A DNA stretch of 39,170 nt from a virus (Duplodnaviria > Caudoviricetes). Positions 37,219 to 39,170 of this stretch are shown piece after piece. Each line of letters begins with the position of its first letter. The stretch's first letter is position 1. The notes below the pieces were generated by a model. It made no database searches. It was given only the letters and a program-made list of their open reading frames with translations, and was not told the origin of the DNA. A program made the translations under genes and the position numbers. The stretch is taken from positions 1 to 39,170 of IMG/VR virus record IMGVR_UViG_3300030433_003259; one strand, 5' to 3'.

Positions 37219-37322
37219 TGAGAAGTTATGCCTACTTTTTTCTTTTGTTTTAACCAGTAAAGTTGTGGCCAAGTATCTCTAATGATCTCGGCCATTTTAT
37301 ACGGAGTTTCTGAAGTGATCAC
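37215..37322 (-). CDS. 35 aa small protein MITSETPYKMAEIIRDTWPQLYWLKQKKKVGITSH
   Basis: GTG start overlaps the talC TGA (GTGA) and the ORF fills the talC-psbD gap. Below the ORF-track size cut-off. Confidence 0.6.
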   Translation of the reverse strand: MITSETPYKMAEIIRDTWPQLYWLKQKKKVGITSH

Positions 37323-37969
37323 CGACCCTGAACAGACTCCCAATCTTTTTGGAAAAGATCAAGACCTTGATCAGTCAACACATGCTTATACATTCCCCAG
37401 AATACTTTAGGAGGAATGGTGCAGATATTTGCTCCAGCATCAAAGCAACGTCCAACTTGATGAACATCACGAACTGATGCAGCAAGAACCTGTGTAGTGC
37501 TGAAGTGTTGATTATAAAGACTGGCAATAGTTTGAACCAGTGCAACTCCAGAGACGGAGTTATCATTCATTCGTCCCACAAAAGGAGAAACATATGCGGC
37601 ACCAGCACGACGTGCAAGGATTGCCTGTGCTGCAGAGAAGATCAAGGTAACATTAACCTTTTTTCCTGTAGCGGAAAGTGCAGTACATGCTTTCAGTCCT
37701 TCAACAGTACAAGGAACCTTAATGGTAACATTCCAAATACCATCAAATGCCTTTGCCTGATCAATCATCTCCTCTGCAGTATCGGCAACAACCTCTGCAG
37801 AAACAGATTCAAAATGATTAGAAATTGCAGCAATCTCTTTAATCACTTCTACAGGATCACGTCCACTCTTTTTGATAAGAGTAGGATTAGTCGTGATCCC
37901 TTCAATCATTCCGGTTTCGTGTGCCTTTTTGATTTCATCAATATCAGCAGTGTCTAAAAAAATCTTCAT
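37319..37969 (-). CDS. talC: transaldolase (TalC/MipB family)
   Basis: MKIFLDTA, GITTNPTLI, TIKVP (Schiff-base Lys), YVSPFVGR, LAASVR. ATG overlaps the petE stop (TGATG). Confidence 0.97.
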   Translation of the reverse strand: MKIFLDTADIDEIKKAHETGMIEGITTNPTLIKKSGRDPVEVIKEIAAISNHFESVSAEVVADTAEEMIDQAKAFDGIWNVTIKVPCTVEGLKACTALSATGKKVNVTLIFSAAQAILARRAGAAYVSPFVGRMNDNSVSGVALVQTIASLYNQHFSTTQVLAASVRDVHQVGRCFDAGANICTIPPKVFWGMYKHVLTDQGLDLFQKDWESVQGR

Positions 37970-38292
37970 CAATCTACGTGTACGTGTCCAATCATACCGG
38001 CACCCTTATGAGGAGCACACCAGTATGTATAGTCACCTGCTTCAGTGAAGGTGACATCGAACTCTTCACCAGGAAGCAGTGCAAGTGCTTCGTGGTCGAG
38101 TTCAGGGTGATCCTCAACAATAACATTGTGAGGAGGGAGCATGTTGTTCACAAAGTGAACTGACTCACCTGCGGATATTGTAACATCTGCTGGGTCAAAA
38201 ATCAAGTTACCACCTGACCCCATTTGAACATCTACTGCCCATGCGGGAGCAGAAAGAAAGAGTGTAGCAAGAAGTGCGAAGAAAAACTTCAT
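37969..38292 (-). CDS. petE: plastocyanin
   Basis: Signal peptide ending APAWA, PHNV, and YWCAPHKGAGM type-1 copper ligands. Confidence 0.96.
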   Translation of the reverse strand: MKFFFALLATLFLSAPAWAVDVQMGSGGNLIFDPADVTISAGESVHFVNNMLPPHNVIVEDHPELDHEALALLPGEEFDVTFTEAGDYTYWCAPHKGAGMIGHVHVD

Positions 38293-38318
38293 TTAAGTTT
38301 ACGCATCTTCAGTATATA

Positions 38319-38522
38319 TTACTTCTGTATACCGTGATACCTGGGATTTGTGCGGACTTCCTCACTAACCATCTTACCAAATTCTGTCACACACTGACTC
38401 CATTCTTTTCTCAATTTTTTTGCTTTTTCTTCATCTTTTATTTCGTACTTCTGATCAAACCACTCATACCAAATCCTAGCGCATTCATCTGATTTTTTCT
38501 GAAGATGTGGTTCCCTGTACAT
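38319..38522 (-). CDS. small cyanophage hypothetical protein
   Basis: 67 aa co-oriented ORF MYREPHLQKKSDECARIW... Confidence 0.7.
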   Translation of the reverse strand: MYREPHLQKKSDECARIWYEWFDQKYEIKDEEKAKKLRKEWSQCVTEFGKMVSEEVRTNPRYHGIQK

Positions 38523-38745
38523 TAGGAACCTCTGTTTGGGTTGTGTGCCCTAGACTACCATTACTATTTACCATATCATTCCAGTGTCTTACTGCGTTGG
38601 CAACGATAGCAATATTGGTAACCATGTAAGACACAAAAATAATGGTGCGTATGCCAGCAATAATATCTGCCTCTCGATCATTACTACCCTCCTTTGCCCC
38701 CAATGCCTTTGCCCATATTCTCCAAGCACTCTTTCTCCTTCCCAT
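38485..38745 (-). CDS. small cyanophage hypothetical membrane protein
   Basis: WRIWAKALG.K.G..D.EAD.IA.IRT...N....RHW motif. GGAG Shine-Dalgarno upstream. Confidence 0.7.
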   Translation of the reverse strand: MGRRKSAWRIWAKALGAKEGSNDREADIIAGIRTIIFVSYMVTNIAIVANAVRHWNDMVNSNGSLGHTTQTEVPNVQGTTSSEKIR

Positions 38746-38750
38746 TTTTC

Positions 38751-38792
38751 TCCATAAAAAAAGAGGGTCAAACGACCCCCCTATTATATCAT
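38751..38792 (-). terminator. extended -10 plus stem-loop/terminator cassette, copy 1
   Basis: ATGATATAATA-GGGGGGTC-GTTT-GACCCTC-TTTTTTTATGGA. Confidence 0.7.
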
Positions 38793-38799
38793 ATTTATT

Positions 38800-38997
38800 C
38801 TATTCTACAGGACAGTTTTTTAAAACCTCCCTACAAATTTTTTTACAAACTGCCTGATTATCATCACACTCAATCAAACAATCATAGTAATCGTTAATTA
38901 CATCAGACTCCTCCATTGATCGATCCAGTGTTCTATTTAATCGTTGGAATGATTGCTTCCAACCAGCAAGTTGATTATGCGAAATTAAATTATGCAT
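38800..38997 (-). CDS. small Cys-rich protein (CxxxC-x6-CxxxC), picocyanobacteria/cyanophage-type hypothetical
   Basis: ATG at 38997 with GGAGGT Shine-Dalgarno. Sequence MHNLISHNQLAGW...YYDCLIECDDNQAVCKKIC. Confidence 0.75.
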   Translation of the reverse strand: MHNLISHNQLAGWKQSFQRLNRTLDRSMEESDVINDYYDCLIECDDNQAVCKKICREVLKNCPVE

Positions 38998-39138
38998 AAT
39001 ACCTCCACTTAGTTCAACAAATAACAAAGTTAAATTTTTTAGTTCACTTTGCTATTCTCCAATTCTACCATTATATAGAGAAAATGTATGGAATTACACA
39101 TAAATTATAAAACTTTTATGTCTTTTTTACATAAGTAC

Positions 39139-39164
39139 AAAAAAAGAGACCCGAAGGTCTCTTT
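39139..39164 (-). terminator. Rho-independent terminator of a gene upstream of the window
   Basis: AAAGAGACC-TTCG-GGTCTCTTT stem with a C(UUCG)G tetraloop and a T-run on the minus strand. Confidence 0.85.
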
Positions 39165-39170
39165 CTTGTT

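Noticed and set aside
72-38897. Plus-strand ORFs and short nested minus-strand ORFs in the track (e.g. 26809..27426, 9147..9650, 37505..37957, 36193..37110 set)
   Set aside because: Shadows of well-supported minus-strand genes, with no recognisable motifs or expression signals.
38800-39027. CP12, expected near talC in cyanophages
   Set aside because: Lacks the CP12 C-terminal C-x8-C motif (FCxxNPxxxECxxYD), and the Cys spacing is different.
39086-39097. NtcA site in the leader at the right end (GTATGGAATTAC)
   Set aside because: Spacing is GTA-N6-TAC, not the GTA-N8-TAC consensus.

Overview
A segment of a T4-like marine cyanomyovirus genome (probably infecting Synechococcus), with essentially all genes on the minus strand. 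Read in the direction of transcription (right to left), it starts with small conserved cyanophage ORFs and an auxiliary metabolic cluster (petE, talC, psbD). Next come three tandem LamG/ConA-like lectin genes, an HNH endonuclease, and a late tail-fibre module (764 aa, 113 aa, 2397 aa). A ~21 kb block then follows, in which three giant paralogous Kelch-like repeat proteins (1626, 1640 and 1922 aa; by my count 5, 5 and 6 six-bladed propellers) alternate with tailoring enzymes: two apparently intact 2OG-Fe(II) oxygenases, one degenerate oxygenase, a sulfotransferase, a GT-A-like and a GT4 glycosyltransferase. Each enzyme group is preceded by the same ~23 bp extended -10 element. Two of the giant genes have late-promoter-like CTAAATA motifs just upstream. 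The left end carries glutaredoxin, conserved hypotheticals and a glutamine-riboswitch-like leader. The best candidate for an undescribed system is the repeated 'multi-propeller adhesin plus hydroxylase/glycosyltransferase/sulfotransferase' module. All family assignments come from motif recognition by eye, not database searches.
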